Source: Mobula hypostoma
Taxonomy: Eukaryota
Length of the DNA stretch: 64,000 nt
Reading direction: 5' to 3'
NCBI RefSeq assembly: GCF_963921235.1
Contig: NC_086097.1
Coordinates: forward strand, 27,220,001-27,284,000
Made by a program: the position numbers and the translations under genes
In this document: positions 1 to 12,108 of the stretch, one piece after another
Layout: each line of letters begins with the position of its first letter
How positions within the stretch are numbered: the stretch's first letter is position 1
The notes under the pieces: model-generated
Seen by the model: the letters and a program-made list of their open reading frames with translations, nothing else
Database searches by the model: none
Told to the model about the DNA's origin: nothing

Positions 1-649
1 TATAGCAGATCTACTTTTGCACAATGTAAAAACAAATACAGTAATAAGGCATGTGTAGTGGTATCAGAAGTTGAGTCCATTCAATTTGGCACTTTTGCAG
101 TGCCATTAATTTCATTCTCAATTTTGGAATATGCACGTTGATCTGTAATTTCTTGCATTGGTCTCCCTTCCGAAGATTAATAAAAGGGGATTGACTTGAG
201 TGTGCTTGGGAGATGAAGACTATCAGTCAAGATAACAAATCCACAGTTCTTAAAGCTTTGCCGTACAGATTGTTGTTCACAATCTTCAATCTTTTTGAGT
301 TAAGTTTGGGTTTGGTTTTTTTATCTGATTCATTTGATAGATCCATTTTGTAGCAACTTCAACTTTAACCTTGGTGCCACATTCTGATAAATATTTAAAA
401 TATGAGGGTGGAGATCTTCGTTACATGACCTTGCACTGGAAGTTTCTACCACTCAATTTGTATTTTTACTCTATGGTGTGGTCTTAGTTTTACACAACTG
501 TTTCAATTGCTTAACATAAAATGTAATTTTACTCAAAATTGAAAATTACCCTGGTCCTGAAAAGCTTTAGTTTATAGGGTGTAATAGACTGCTCTGGGTT
601 TAATATCTTAATGGCATGTATCAGTTAAGTTGTGTTTTTTTCCTTGCAG

Positions 650-680
650 GCTGACCAGCTGACTGAAGAACAGATTGCTG
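650..680 (+). CDS. calm1: Calmodulin coding exon 2 (ADQLTEEQIA + first base of E)
   Basis: ttttttccttgcAG acceptor at 648-649, 31-nt exon GCTGACCAGCTGACTGAAGAACAGATTGCTG, GTGAGT donor at 681. Matches the canonical vertebrate calmodulin exon structure; ATG-only exon 1 is not in the window. Confidence 0.97.
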
Positions 681-2269
681 GTGAGTAGTTTATATCTCTG
701 GAGTTTGGCTGGGCTTGTATGCAAGCAGAAATATCACACTTTTGTGGCATTCTGTTTGCTGTATGTGTGAAGTTAATGATTATAAGTGATATATCAAACA
801 CAATTGTGATTAGGGATCTAGGATTTGGACTCTTGATTGTTAACCTTCATTTTCCACCAAAGTACACATGGCCAGGCAAAAAAAACTGTCTAACCTTGTA
901 ACTAGTCTTTTTCAGTATGACTACATGGCTGTTTGCGATACATTGATACTGGATTTGCTTAGAACTAACATATAGTAGAGCTAGTCTGAGAACTAACAAA
1001 TCGAATTGCTTGTATGAATATCTAGATTTTTAGCATATTGAGCCTATGAAGTTTTAATGTCTTGAGGAATACTGGGATGGAATTAAAGCTTTTTAAACAA
1101 AATTTGGGCTAAGGTAGCCATATTAGAATTGAAATTGAGTGTGGACTGGTGTGGAATGTAAATGTGGTGCAATAGATGTTCTAGTGTTTAGAGACCTTGT
1201 ACCCATGCCCACTATAGCATGTGCAGGAAGTCTATTCTGGATTATGCTTCAAGTTTTGTTGTCTCTAATGGAGTTTACATATTGCCTGGGACTAGTAATT
1301 TGAAGCTACCTGTAAGCATCATTATTCGATTTGGTTTAGATGTGTATCACAAATTGCTCTGTAATTTTGGTTTTAATATATATGTAAGCGGTGTTTAAGC
1401 CATCCAAGTGCATATGTCAACTTTCTCCCCATGATGTGGCCATCTTGCTTCAGCCTGACATGCTGTTCCAGCATTTTGTGTGCTTTTGGATTTCCAGCAT
1501 GTAGAATTTCTAGTGTTTGTGATTTGCTTCAGTAAAGGGGTTAATCTAGGTCCATCGATGCACTCAGTTGATGTAGTGTATGATGCATGACAATGGGTTC
1601 TGACAGCACTGACCAGATAGTTCCAGAAAGTTCAGAGGCAGTCAAATAATTTGCTCAGGTTAAGGTCAGTCATACTTCTCATGAAAAGGTCCATGGGATG
1701 TCCTGTTGGGTTGTTGCAAAAAAAAAACAACCTTGCTGCATTTGTGTATTCATTATATTGGCTGCAAAGTAGTTGCCAAAGGCAAGTTTGCAGAATTATT
1801 GATTTGTTCTGTTGCAAAGATATTTTTCTTTGAATTAAATCAATGTAGCCTACATTATTTCTGTTTCAAATGTGGATCTTAAAAAAGAAAGTCCATGTAT
1901 CCATTTAAAGCATCCTTGCATTTGGACAAGTTTGAGTGATTAGTAATTTTAGTAAAAGGTGAGAAAGGGAAGTGATGTTTGAGTGGTTTGAATTTGCTGA
2001 TGCACTGATTTAGCTACTGACACTGAGTGCCATGGTTCTGGGTTTAGAGTTCTTGGATATTTGCACATTCTCCTATGCCCTCGTGGTTTTCCTGATTGCC
2101 CCACACACAATGCTGGAGGAACTCAGCAGATCAGACAGCACTGATGGGAGTGGAATTAAAGAGCTAATGTTTTGGACTGTGTCCCTCTGTTCTGAATTTC
2201 CTGTCATAGAAAAGTACAGCAAAGAATTAGGCCCTTTGGCATCCAGACAATGGCCCTCATACCCCTTCT

Positions 2270-2675
2270 GTTCACGTATCTATCCAAACTTAAATGTTGC
2301 AGTCAAAATCACTTGAGTTGGCAGCTCGTTCCACATTCTGAGACACTTTTCCCTTGTGTTCCCCTTGGACATTTCACCTTTAGTCCATGACTTCTAGTTG
2401 TTGTCTCACCCAACCTCAGTAGTGGGGGGGAGGGGAGGGGCAGGAGAAGCTGCTTGTATTTACTTTTGTCTATACATCTCATAATTTTGTATACCTCTAT
2501 CAAGTCTGCTTTTAATCTTCTATGTTTGAGGGAGTAAGTCTCTAACCTATTCAACATTTCCTTATAACTCAAGTCATCCAGTCCCAGCAACATCCTTGTA
2601 AATTTTCTCTCTACTTCAATCTTATTTACATCTTTCCTGTAGGTGGATGACCAAAACTGCACACAGTACTCCAGT
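2270..2675 (-). mobile_element. CR1-type LINE 3' fragment (decayed)
   Basis: Minus-strand translation LEYCVQFWS..YRKDVNKIE.ERKFTRML..LSYKEMLNRL..YSL..RRLKADLIEVYKIM is the typical CR1 ORF2 C-terminus. Confidence 0.85.
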
Positions 2676-2812
2676 GTCTGCATGTCTCTTGTGCTTATGG
2701 TTTCCTTAGTGCTCATATTTCTGCCATACATCAAACATCTGCTTTGATAACAACACACATAAAAGTGGCTGGTGAACGCAGCAGGCCAGGCAGCATCTCT
2801 AGGAAGAGGTAC

Positions 2813-2848
2813 AGTCGACGTTTCAGGCCGAGACCCTTCGTCAGGACT
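2813..2848 (-). ncRNA. Minimal type I hammerhead ribozyme motif (intact core)
   Basis: Minus strand reads AGTC-CTGACGA-AGG(GTCTCGG)CCT-GAAAC-GTC-GACT: helix I AGTC/GACT, CUGANGA box, helix II, GAAA box, palindromic ACGU in place of helix III, GUC cleavage triplet. Confidence 0.8.
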
Positions 2849-3096
2849 AACTGAAGGAAGAGTGAGTAAGGGATTTGAAAGTGGGAGGAGGAGATCCAAA
2901 ATGATAGAAGACAGGAGGGGGAGGGATGGAGCCAAGAGCTGGACAGGTGATAGGCAAAAGGGATAAGAGAGGATCATGGGTATCACCTGTCCAGCTCTTG
3001 GCTCCATCCCTCCCCCTCCTGTCTTCTCCTATCATTTTGGATCTCTCCCCCCCCCCCCCCCAACTTTCAAATCCCTTACTCACTCTTCCTTCAGTT

Positions 3097-3132
3097 AGTC
3101 CTGACGATGGGTCTCGGCCTGAAACGTCGACT
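3097..3132 (+). ncRNA. Minimal hammerhead ribozyme motif, sense to calmodulin pre-mRNA
   Basis: AGTC-CTGACGA-TGG(GTCTCGG)CCT-GAAAC-GTC-GACT. Core boxes intact; first helix II pair mismatched (T3108). Predicted cleavage after 3128. Confidence 0.7.
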
Positions 3133-4141
3133 GCACCTCTTCCTAGAGATGCTGCCTGGCCTGCTGCGTTCACCAGCAACTTTTATGTGTTGCTTGAATT
3201 TCCAGCATCTGCAGAATTCCTGTTATCTGCTTGATAAGCTGGCTACCTTTTGATCAATGCAGGTGTATTAGAATCTGGAGTTCATGAATATGTAAAAAAA
3301 TTTTTTAAAGAAGGTTCAAGGTAACATGGTAGTTGATGGTCTGTGAGGACTGTGGCTGAAAGGGTCTTGTTTACATACTGCTTTCTCTGATGGACAGTAT
3401 GTATAGCCTAGTCTAAACTAGATTGAATGGATCTAATTGCCTGAGGGGAAGCCAAACAGTTTCATTGTAACTGTATAATGACAATAAAGATCATTCAATT
3501 CAATATTAACTGTGCATGTTATTTGATCATCTTCACTTTTTGGTCTTGAACAATGGAATTAACTGCTAAATTAGTGAGTTATGCAGGCAAAATTGAGTTA
3601 CTTTGAGGCTCTGCTGCCTTGTAAAGTGTTAAGTGACCTGGTACTTCCATGAAAATGCAGTAAATGCCTAAAAGGAATGATGGTCCATGGTAGTAAATGA
3701 TAATAGTTGTGTTCTTGTGAATGAGAACTTGAAATACAAGATCTTTTGATGGTTTTAATGCCTGATAACTTGTGATAGTATTATTTAATTTACAGAATTA
3801 TGTAACATGACCATAATTGTGACCTGAATGGTAAACTCATAATTTCTCCTACTACTTGTGTTTAAGAATGAATCTAAAGGTTGTCAAGTACTCAGGTTCT
3901 GAGTTCGGTTGCAAGCCTGATGTTGGCCCATCAACCAGATTTAAGTCGTATCATTGCAACAGGGAGTATCATATTGAAGTGTAAATGCCAAGAGTGGTGG
4001 TCAGTTTTCTTCCCTGTTGGAAGAATAGATTAGTATCAATTTAAATATATCCTAAATTTTGGATGTTAAAGTAGTCATCAAGTGCAATTAGTTTTGAATT
4101 AAATATTTTGAAGTGTAGAAAACTGCGTGTAGTTCATTTGA

Positions 4142-4336
<195 letters not shown>

Positions 4337-5239
4337 TGAGACTGCATTTGCCTTGCAATTATTCTACTTAAATGCTTATGTTATCCAAACCTAGCATGCT
4401 TTAAATGCCAGTTATTGGTGTGCTGATCATCAATGTTTAGCTGTGATTTTTTTTCAGTGCAATGTTTTATTGGGAAAATCTTGCATTATGCAGTTAAGAA
4501 CATTTAGCATAAGACTTGGTGACTTTAAAGTTTTTTCTCATTAAGATTGAAGTAACAAGTTCTTGTACCATTTGTGCGGAAGTTAACTGAAAGTCATGCC
4601 ATTAATCTTTCAAGTAATTTACTGTTCTGATGCACTTGTCTTCACTGCAATTGGCATTGACTTTTTTAGTGAAGGTTCTTTTTTAAAGATTTGAACTTTG
4701 TTTTTGTTATTTACCTGACACACAGCTGATCACAGCATTCTTTGGCCTTGTGGGATTGACTGTGGGGAATTTGCTTTCGCAGAGAAAACAGTGTGCCCAT
4801 CTGATTTTTTTTTTTCCCCCTCTCTGCCTGTGCAGTACTTCAGTTGAGCTGCCTAGGCTTACAGCATTGACAAATAGTGTGCATTCCGTGTTTTGGGGAA
4901 GGAACTTATTTTTGTGCAGGTGTAACAGGAGTATTCCGTCAGACCGTTTTGAGTCTGCTCTGCCTTAAAGTTGTAGGGTAAAAGATGTTAAGATTCATGC
5001 CCATGTTCCCTCAATGAGCATAATCAGTTTGAAGGAAATGACTGAGCTTCCAAAGCTGCCCAAAGTAATACAACATCTAAAACATTGACGTTGATCAGAT
5101 TTACCGTTTACCAATTAAATTTGCGATTAATTAAATGTATTGTAATGCAAATTGTATTTTGATAGTACAATAGAGAAGGCTGGTTAAGATGCCAGTAACT
5201 AAATCTGAGAGTTAGTATTAGAGCTATAGTTTTTAAAAA

Positions 5240-5400
5240 TGCAAACACGAGGACATTTGCAGATGCTGGAATTTCAAGCAAGACATAAAAATTGGTGAAC
5301 GCAGCAGGCCAAGCAGCATCTATAGGAAGAGGTACAGTTGACATTTTGGGCTGAGACCCTTCGTCAGGACCCACTGAAAGATGAGATAGTAAGAGATTTG
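5240..5400 (-). mobile_element. Penelope-like 3' fragment with degenerate hammerhead
   Basis: Same repeat as 2751-3224. Minus strand CTGACGA-AGGGTCTCAGCCC-AAAATGTC, with the GAAA box mutated. Confidence 0.75.
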
Positions 5401-6859
5401 AGAATCCGGAAAAATATGCAAATGGCACAATATATTTAGGGTTGACAGTACAGGTCAGTGACTTTCTGAGGCTTGCATTTGGCAATAGACCACCTATTGG
5501 GGTTAATGACCTGAAAAGCTTTTCTGCACAGATGCTGCCCGGACATGTACTTTGTGTATAATTTTTCTTCTTTCTTCACAGCAATTTGGTTGGGTGGGGG
5601 TGTTGAGGGAAACTGGGGATTTTATGGTGAAAGTTAAAGCTTCAAAGGCAAAGGTGTGTTCAAACTTGCATTGGTCAATAACTTCATTTGATCTAGACTT
5701 GTACAAATTCTTCAGTGAGTGGGGGTTAAACTCAAATGACAATGACAATCAATGGGTGGTTCTGACTGGAGGGCAAGATTTAATTAGCAATTGAAAAGGT
5801 AATTGAGTTGAAATTTGTGCTTCATAGATGCTGCCTGACCTAACATTTTGTTGTTTTAGTTAGCTTAAGGTCTTTTAAAAGTACTTGTATTGAGTGGATG
5901 CACAGTTAAATTAGGTCATTTCATTTTTTTTGATTATTAGTTTCTAAACTTAGTGCATTCAACAGGAACAATTTAGTGTGGAGGAAGTGGTATCAATTTT
6001 AATTGGCAGTTGCATATAATAGAGAAGAAATGACACATTGGGCAGATATGCTCAGACATTGGATTTCTAACATGGACAATGAAAGTCATTGTTTATATTT
6101 AACAGCTGTCTACTTGGCTTGTAATTAGTAAAATCTTCCCAGAATACAATTAAAGACAGTGCCAATGCTGACTAGTATCTGCCCCTTATCAATTGTCCAA
6201 CAGTGTGGTGTTTTATTGAATGCAGGATCAATTGGAGAAGAATTCTTGGTATTCTAATATCAATAAGTCTTGAGTTTAGGTTGGTAATCTCTGCAGTATG
6301 TGTATGTTCTCATTTATGAATTTCATCCAAGTGCTATAGACATCTGGAAAAGAGCAGCCTTGGTCTGCTTTTTCCAGTTTAGCTTCTACAGGTAGGAGGG
6401 GCATGTTTCTATCAAGTGGCTTGTTTCTGCCTAAATAAAAAGCATTGGTAGATGTTTTTCCTAACTGAGTCAGTAGGTTTTGGCAAGTCCTGAGGGAAAC
6501 ATGATTAACCAGGCTAGGGTTGCTGTTGCTGTCCTTGTTTAATGTGCTGTTTTTAGGATTTTAAACTAGACCTAATGTGTTCAGTAGATAAGATTTTCGT
6601 GTGCAAAATTGGTGACTTGTTTCCCATATGTGCATTTCAGAGCTGTACTCACTGGCTGTAGAATGCTTTAGGTCATTGATAGTCAAGAAATTTACTGCAA
6701 AAGCTTCAGTTAAGCCTAACATTTGTCACAGTATTCACTTGTGACAGGTCATCGAGCCATAAGTATGATGGCTTTGCAATCTGTTTCTCCTAATTTCCCA
6801 GTAATGTTATTACTGCTGCATTGTCATTGATTCTATTCCCCACTACACTAACGGCAATT

Positions 6860-7030
6860 TACTTCAGTGAACTAATCTGCTAGACTTGGAGATGTGGGAG
6901 GAAACCACATCACCCAAAGGAAATCCATGTGGTTACAGGAGAAGGTGCAAACCTAAACAACATGAATAAGGTCTTGATAGAAATCATGTTACTGGAGGTG
7001 AGGCAACATCTCTACCAGCTGCAACAGGAT
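6860..7030 (-). mobile_element. V-SINE/HE1-like SINE (decayed)
   Basis: TGTGGGAGGAAACCAC...GGAAATCCATGTGGTTACAGGAGAAGGTGCAAAC is the reverse complement of the V-domain core. Confidence 0.65.
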
Positions 7031-8347
7031 TAATAAATTTAATTGTCACTGGCTGAGTGAGGGCAAATTTGGGTGTAGCTATGGAAAAATTGGTTTTGAA
7101 TTTACTCTCGGTAGCTCACCGCTGGGTGTACTGAAGCAGTAAGAAGTAAGCAGTAAGTTTAATTGACCTGAAACAATTTTGAGACCTGCTCTTGTTAGAA
7201 GGTTGAATTTTTTTTTACAAAAGCATGAAGATGTATGAAGACCATTGAAGATAAAAGTTGGACTGTTTCCTTTTGATTCTCTGGTTCACTTCACCCTTTC
7301 CCAAGTAATTTTCAAGCAACAGCATCTTTGGTTATACTTGCTGCTTGTACAGGATTGGTGGCATTTCTACACAGCAGCTGTATGATCTGCACAAGCCCAG
7401 GTCATGAATTTGAGTCCTACCTCAATATTTGATCTCTTCACTATTTTGGAAAATTTGTATTAATTTTCCTCGTGCTGTACAACTGCAAAATAACAAATTT
7501 CTTTTCGAATGGTGAGCGTAAAACTGATTCTGATTCAGTTTTGAGCTTGTTGCTGGGATGTGAAAGTTTTGGAATAACCCAATGGTGCACTTGGGATGTT
7601 TACAATCAGTGCAAGCTTACATGTTGTCTTTCCAAATGGGAAAAGGATAATTAGTTCAGATCCTGCTAACTGCACTGTATCCTGGTTAATAAGGTGAAAG
7701 TTGTGCTGTAAGGTACAGTTGAAATGAGAGCAATGAAAACTATTATAGAAGCTTAATTAACTGTCAGCTTTCTTTCTCATTAACTTGGTGTCATCCTGAA
7801 CCCATCTAGCTGGATAATTTCAGTAAGATCTATTAATATCTTAATGAGATTGGCTCACAGCTTTAATTAGGTTAACAGATACTGTATGGGGTCACATCCT
7901 GATTTAGAATACTAAGTTGGTAGCTTTGGGCAATGTTTCATTGTGCCCAACCAGCATTTTAATTCCTACACAATGGAGAAAGTAGTTGCTTGTAAATATT
8001 ATTTAACTTTGGCATCTTATCTTTCATGGACTCTTTAAAACATGATCTCAGTATTTTCATTTTTTTATTTGCACAATCTGCCGCCTTCACGTTGGTTGTT
8101 TATCAGTCTGTTTAGGAATCCTTTTTTGTAAATTTAGGAATCCTTTTTTGTAAATTTTATTATTTTCCTCTAAGTGCCTGTGAGATGAATCTCGGTAGTA
8201 TATGGTTCCTATTTATGTACTTCAATAGCAATTTTTACTTTGATTTTGTGTTATAAACCATCTTGCCATGATTGAAGTTTTTTTTTCTGTCCCAGATACA
8301 GCAAACTGACTAGTCCAACCTGCCAACACTAATTTATTCTCCATTAG

Positions 8348-8515
<168 letters not shown>

Positions 8516-8595
8516 TAGTAGGAGGGATGTGGACTGCTGGTATAATATACATTGTAATCATTCGAAGGGTCTAATCCTATTGGGTGAATATTTCA

Positions 8596-10170
8596 TAAGA
8601 CATAAGAGTGGAATTAGGCCATTTGACTCATTGAGTCTGCTGTGCTATTTCATCATTCCTCAGCCCCAATCTCCTGCCTTCTCCTTGTATTCCTTCGTGC
8701 TCTGACTAATCAAGAATCTATCAACCTCTGCCTTAAGTACACCCAATGACCTGGACTCATCAGCTGCCTGTGGCAAAGAATTCCACAGATTCATCATCCT
8801 CTGGTTGAATAAGTTCCTCATCTCTGTTCTGAAAAGATGTCCCTCTATTCTGAGGTTCTCTGGTTTTAAACTCCCACCATAGGAAATAACCTCTCCATAT
8901 CCACTATCTTGGCCTTTCACCATTTGATTCAATGAGGTTGCCTCAAATTCTTCTGAATTCCAGTGAATACAGGCTCAGAAGCATCAAAGTCTTCATAAGA
9001 CAAGCCATTTAAATCTGGAATCATATTCGTGAACTTCCTTTGAGCCCTCTCCAGTTTCAGTACAACCTTTCGAAGATGAGGGACCAAAAAGTGCTCACAA
9101 TATCCAGCAAGTCCTCACCAGTGCTTCATGAAGTCTCCATGTTGCTTTTATAGTAGAGAGCTTGAAGACGACCAGGGATATGGTGCTTAGTCTTTATAAG
9201 GCTCGGCTCTGGTGAGGCCTCACTAAGTACTGTGAACAGTTTTGGGCTTCTGTCTAAGAAGAGATGTGCTGGCATTGGAGAAGGTCCCAAAGCAGTTCAC
9301 AAGAATGATTCTGGGAATGAAAGGGTTATCATATGAGGAAAGTTTGGCTCTTGGACTGTACATTGGAATTTAGAAGGATGGGGGGTTTCATTGAAACTTT
9401 TGACCGTTGAAAGGCATGGAGAGAGTAGGTGTGGAAAGGATGTTTCCCCATGGTGGGAGAGTCTCGGAAGAGAAGGCACAGCCTCAGAATAGAGGGATGT
9501 CCATATAAAACAGATGCAGAGAAATTTCTTTAGCTACAGGGTGGTGAATTTGTTATCACAGGCAGCTGTAGAGGCCAGGTCATTGAGTGTATTTAAGATG
9601 GAGATAGGTTTTTGATTTGGCACAGCATCAAAGGTTATGGGGGGGAAGGCTGGTGAATGGGGTTGAGGAGGGGAAAAAGGATCAGCCATGATTGAATGGT
9701 GGAGCAAAACTTCCTCTTTTGGTTGAGTATATTCTGTGCCTTCCAATTTGCTGCTGGAAATTTCGGCCATTGATGTTCCACTGTCATCCCTGTCAATGTT
9801 CTTTTCAAATCAGTTTTGGCCAACTCGTCCCTCTTTAATTCCCTTTACTCCACTGTAATGCTGATACATCTGACTTTAGTAGCTTCTCAAAATTCAGGGT
9901 GATTTTGTTCATATTATGATTTTCTCATAAGGGTTCTCTAAACTTAAGCTCCAATCCATTTCAGATCATTGCACAATACCCAATCCAGGATATCTTATCC
10001 CCTAGTGGGCTCAACCATGAGCTGCTCTAAAAAGCCATCTTGTAGGCATTCTAAAAACTCCCCCTCTTGGAAATCCAGTACCAGCCTAATTTTCCCAATA
10101 TTGAAATCCCTCATGACTTTTGTGACATTGTCATTTTGCCATGCAACTGTTGCAGTTTGACCCATCAAGG
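8596..10170. mobile_element. Compound CR1 LINE fragments in intron 4 (minus 3' end 8596-9150; plus 3' end 9160-9705; minus endonuclease region 9720-10170)
   Basis: CATAAGACATAAGA tail. Minus ORFs FRTEMRNLFNQRMMNLWNSLPQ and RDFN..EFLECLQDGFLEQLMVEPTRG; plus-strand CR1 C-terminal motifs. Confidence 0.8.
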
Positions 10171-10609
10171 TCTTGTCTCCTTTCAGGTATATTTCAGATG
10201 GATATATGGATTGTGGGCCAAATAGCCTGTTCCTGTGCTGTATTATACAACACAGAATTGGACCTTTTGGCACAACTCTGCAAATTAGAAATAAAAGATC
10301 TTAATTCACGAACATTGAAGTGTTGTCCTGAATGACACAGGTTTTGTTGCTTAAAGTAAAACTGTCAGTAATGGTCACTTAACTGCCATCACTAATTAAA
10401 ATATTGCTCATTGCTTTGACCACTTATCAAAGGTCATTAAATGCTATATTGCTGTTTCTAAGTACTTCCTGACCTGTTCCCAATTGCTCTACTGACCTTC
10501 AAATTTGATTGCAAATTGGGTTGAATTCCTTGTAAGAGCAGATATTTAAATTGGAGTCCTGGGCTTTTTTGATGGGAAAATGCAAAGGGAGTAATGTGGC
10601 TGCAAGACA

Positions 10610-10812
10610 GCATGGCACTTTGCACAATGTAATTTCAGCTCAGCATCTGAGTTCAGTTCTGTAAGAAATGTGTATGTCCTCCCCAAGTGCGCCGGTTTCC
10701 GCCCATAGTCCAAAGATGGAGCTGTGGGTTAATTGGACTTTGGTGGTTGGGTTGGGGTCAAATAGGGGTTGCTTGGCTGTAAGGGCCTACACTGTTGTAT
10801 CATTAAATAAAT
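10610..10812 (+). mobile_element. V-SINE-like SINE (decayed)
   Basis: CCGGTTTCCGCCCATAGTCCAAAGATG...GGTTAATTGG core and TAAATAAAT tail. Confidence 0.55.
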
Positions 10813-11189
10813 GAACATGCAGTTAGATTGCAAGGCTTTATCTACACTTTAAAAGTGCTTTTTAAAGACCAAAGAGATGATTGTGCAAGCTGGCCACTCT
10901 TCACTGCACATACATTGCTCATCTGTGCAGAGTTAGGAGCACAAAGTTTGAGTGCATATGATCTCACCTTTTTGCTCAGGCTCTCCTTCCTCCCCACCAA
11001 AATTCACAATTTTACAGGAGCACATCAAGTGTTCTTCCCAGCTGCATCACTGTACAGGAATTGTGAAACATAGCTGCAAGTACTGCTGAGACGATGGAGT
11101 TCTCTGATCCATCAGATTTATCAGGGCCCTTGGCATTGTCAATGATCCTTCCCATCTATTCAATGATCTTTGATCCTCTACCAAGTGGA

Positions 11190-11400
11190 TCTATCTGTGG
11201 AATGCTCTGCCTCAGAAGGCAGTGGAGGCCAATTCTCTGGATGCTTTCAAGAAAGTTAGAGCTCTTAATGATAGCGGAGTCAAGGGATATGGGGAGAAGG
11301 CAGGAACGGGGTACTGATTGTGGATGATCAGCCATGATCACTGAATGGCGATGCTGGCTTGAAGGGCTGAATGGCCTACTGCATCTATTGTCTACTGTCT
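11190..11400 (+). mobile_element. CR1 LINE 3' end
   Basis: CTGTGGAATGCTCTGCCTCAGAAGGCAGTGGAGGCC...GATCAGCCATGATC..GAAGGGCTGAATGGCCTACT and a TCTATTGTCTACTGTC tail. Confidence 0.75.
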
Positions 11401-11618
11401 ACCATCAGGCAGGATGTACTGTAGCATTAGGACAAGAACTGTTAGAATGGGAAGTAGCTGCTTCCCCCAGGTCTTAAGACTATAGTGCCCATTATTTGTT
11501 AATTTACTAGTAGTACTACTTGTGTGTTGCTTGGTCTAGAGGAGCATTATTTCATTTGGCAGTATACATGCATGGTTGAATGATAGTAACCTCAATTGAA
11601 CTCTTCAGGACTTGCTGA

Positions 11619-11810
<192 letters not shown>

Positions 11811-12108
11811 TAGAAACCAAACTGAAAATGGAACCAAGAAGCTTGATGTCTTGGTATCAAAATGAAACATCCCTATGACATGCCTGTCATTGTGAAGCTA
11901 CTGAAATGGGAAAATGCTGTAAAACAATTGTGGTTAATGACTGGTGCAGAAACCCTTCAGTATTTCAGTTAAGGTTTTTTAAAGTTTGATTTACAGGAGT
12001 TGTATGCCAATCAAATCTGGAAGTTAGAAGAAATGGCAAAGGAATATTATATTTTCCATTTCCTCTACTTTTTTCTGGAAGTATTGGCCATTGGATAGAC
12101 TATACGTA

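Larger units (their letters stand above)
2751..3224. mobile_element. Penelope-like element 3'/pLTR fragment as an inverted pair, with two hammerhead motifs and a TSD
   Basis: Arms 2751-2952 and 2981-3192 are near-perfect reverse complements. Flanked by ATCTGCTTTGATAA (2737-2750) and ATCTGCTTGATAA (3225-3237). Same repeat type as the 3' end of the GIY-YIG relic at 20865-21620. Confidence 0.85.

Noticed and set aside
2309..3234. Overlapping ORFs of 64-232 aa on both strands (MLVNAAGQAASLGRG.., MEPRAGQVI..)
   Set aside because: By-products of the inverted Penelope-like repeat fused to a CR1 fragment; the same peptides recur at other repeat copies.
8111..8154. 22-bp direct duplication TTTAGGAATCCTTTTTTGTAAA
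   Set aside because: Local slippage within a decayed LINE 3'UTR.
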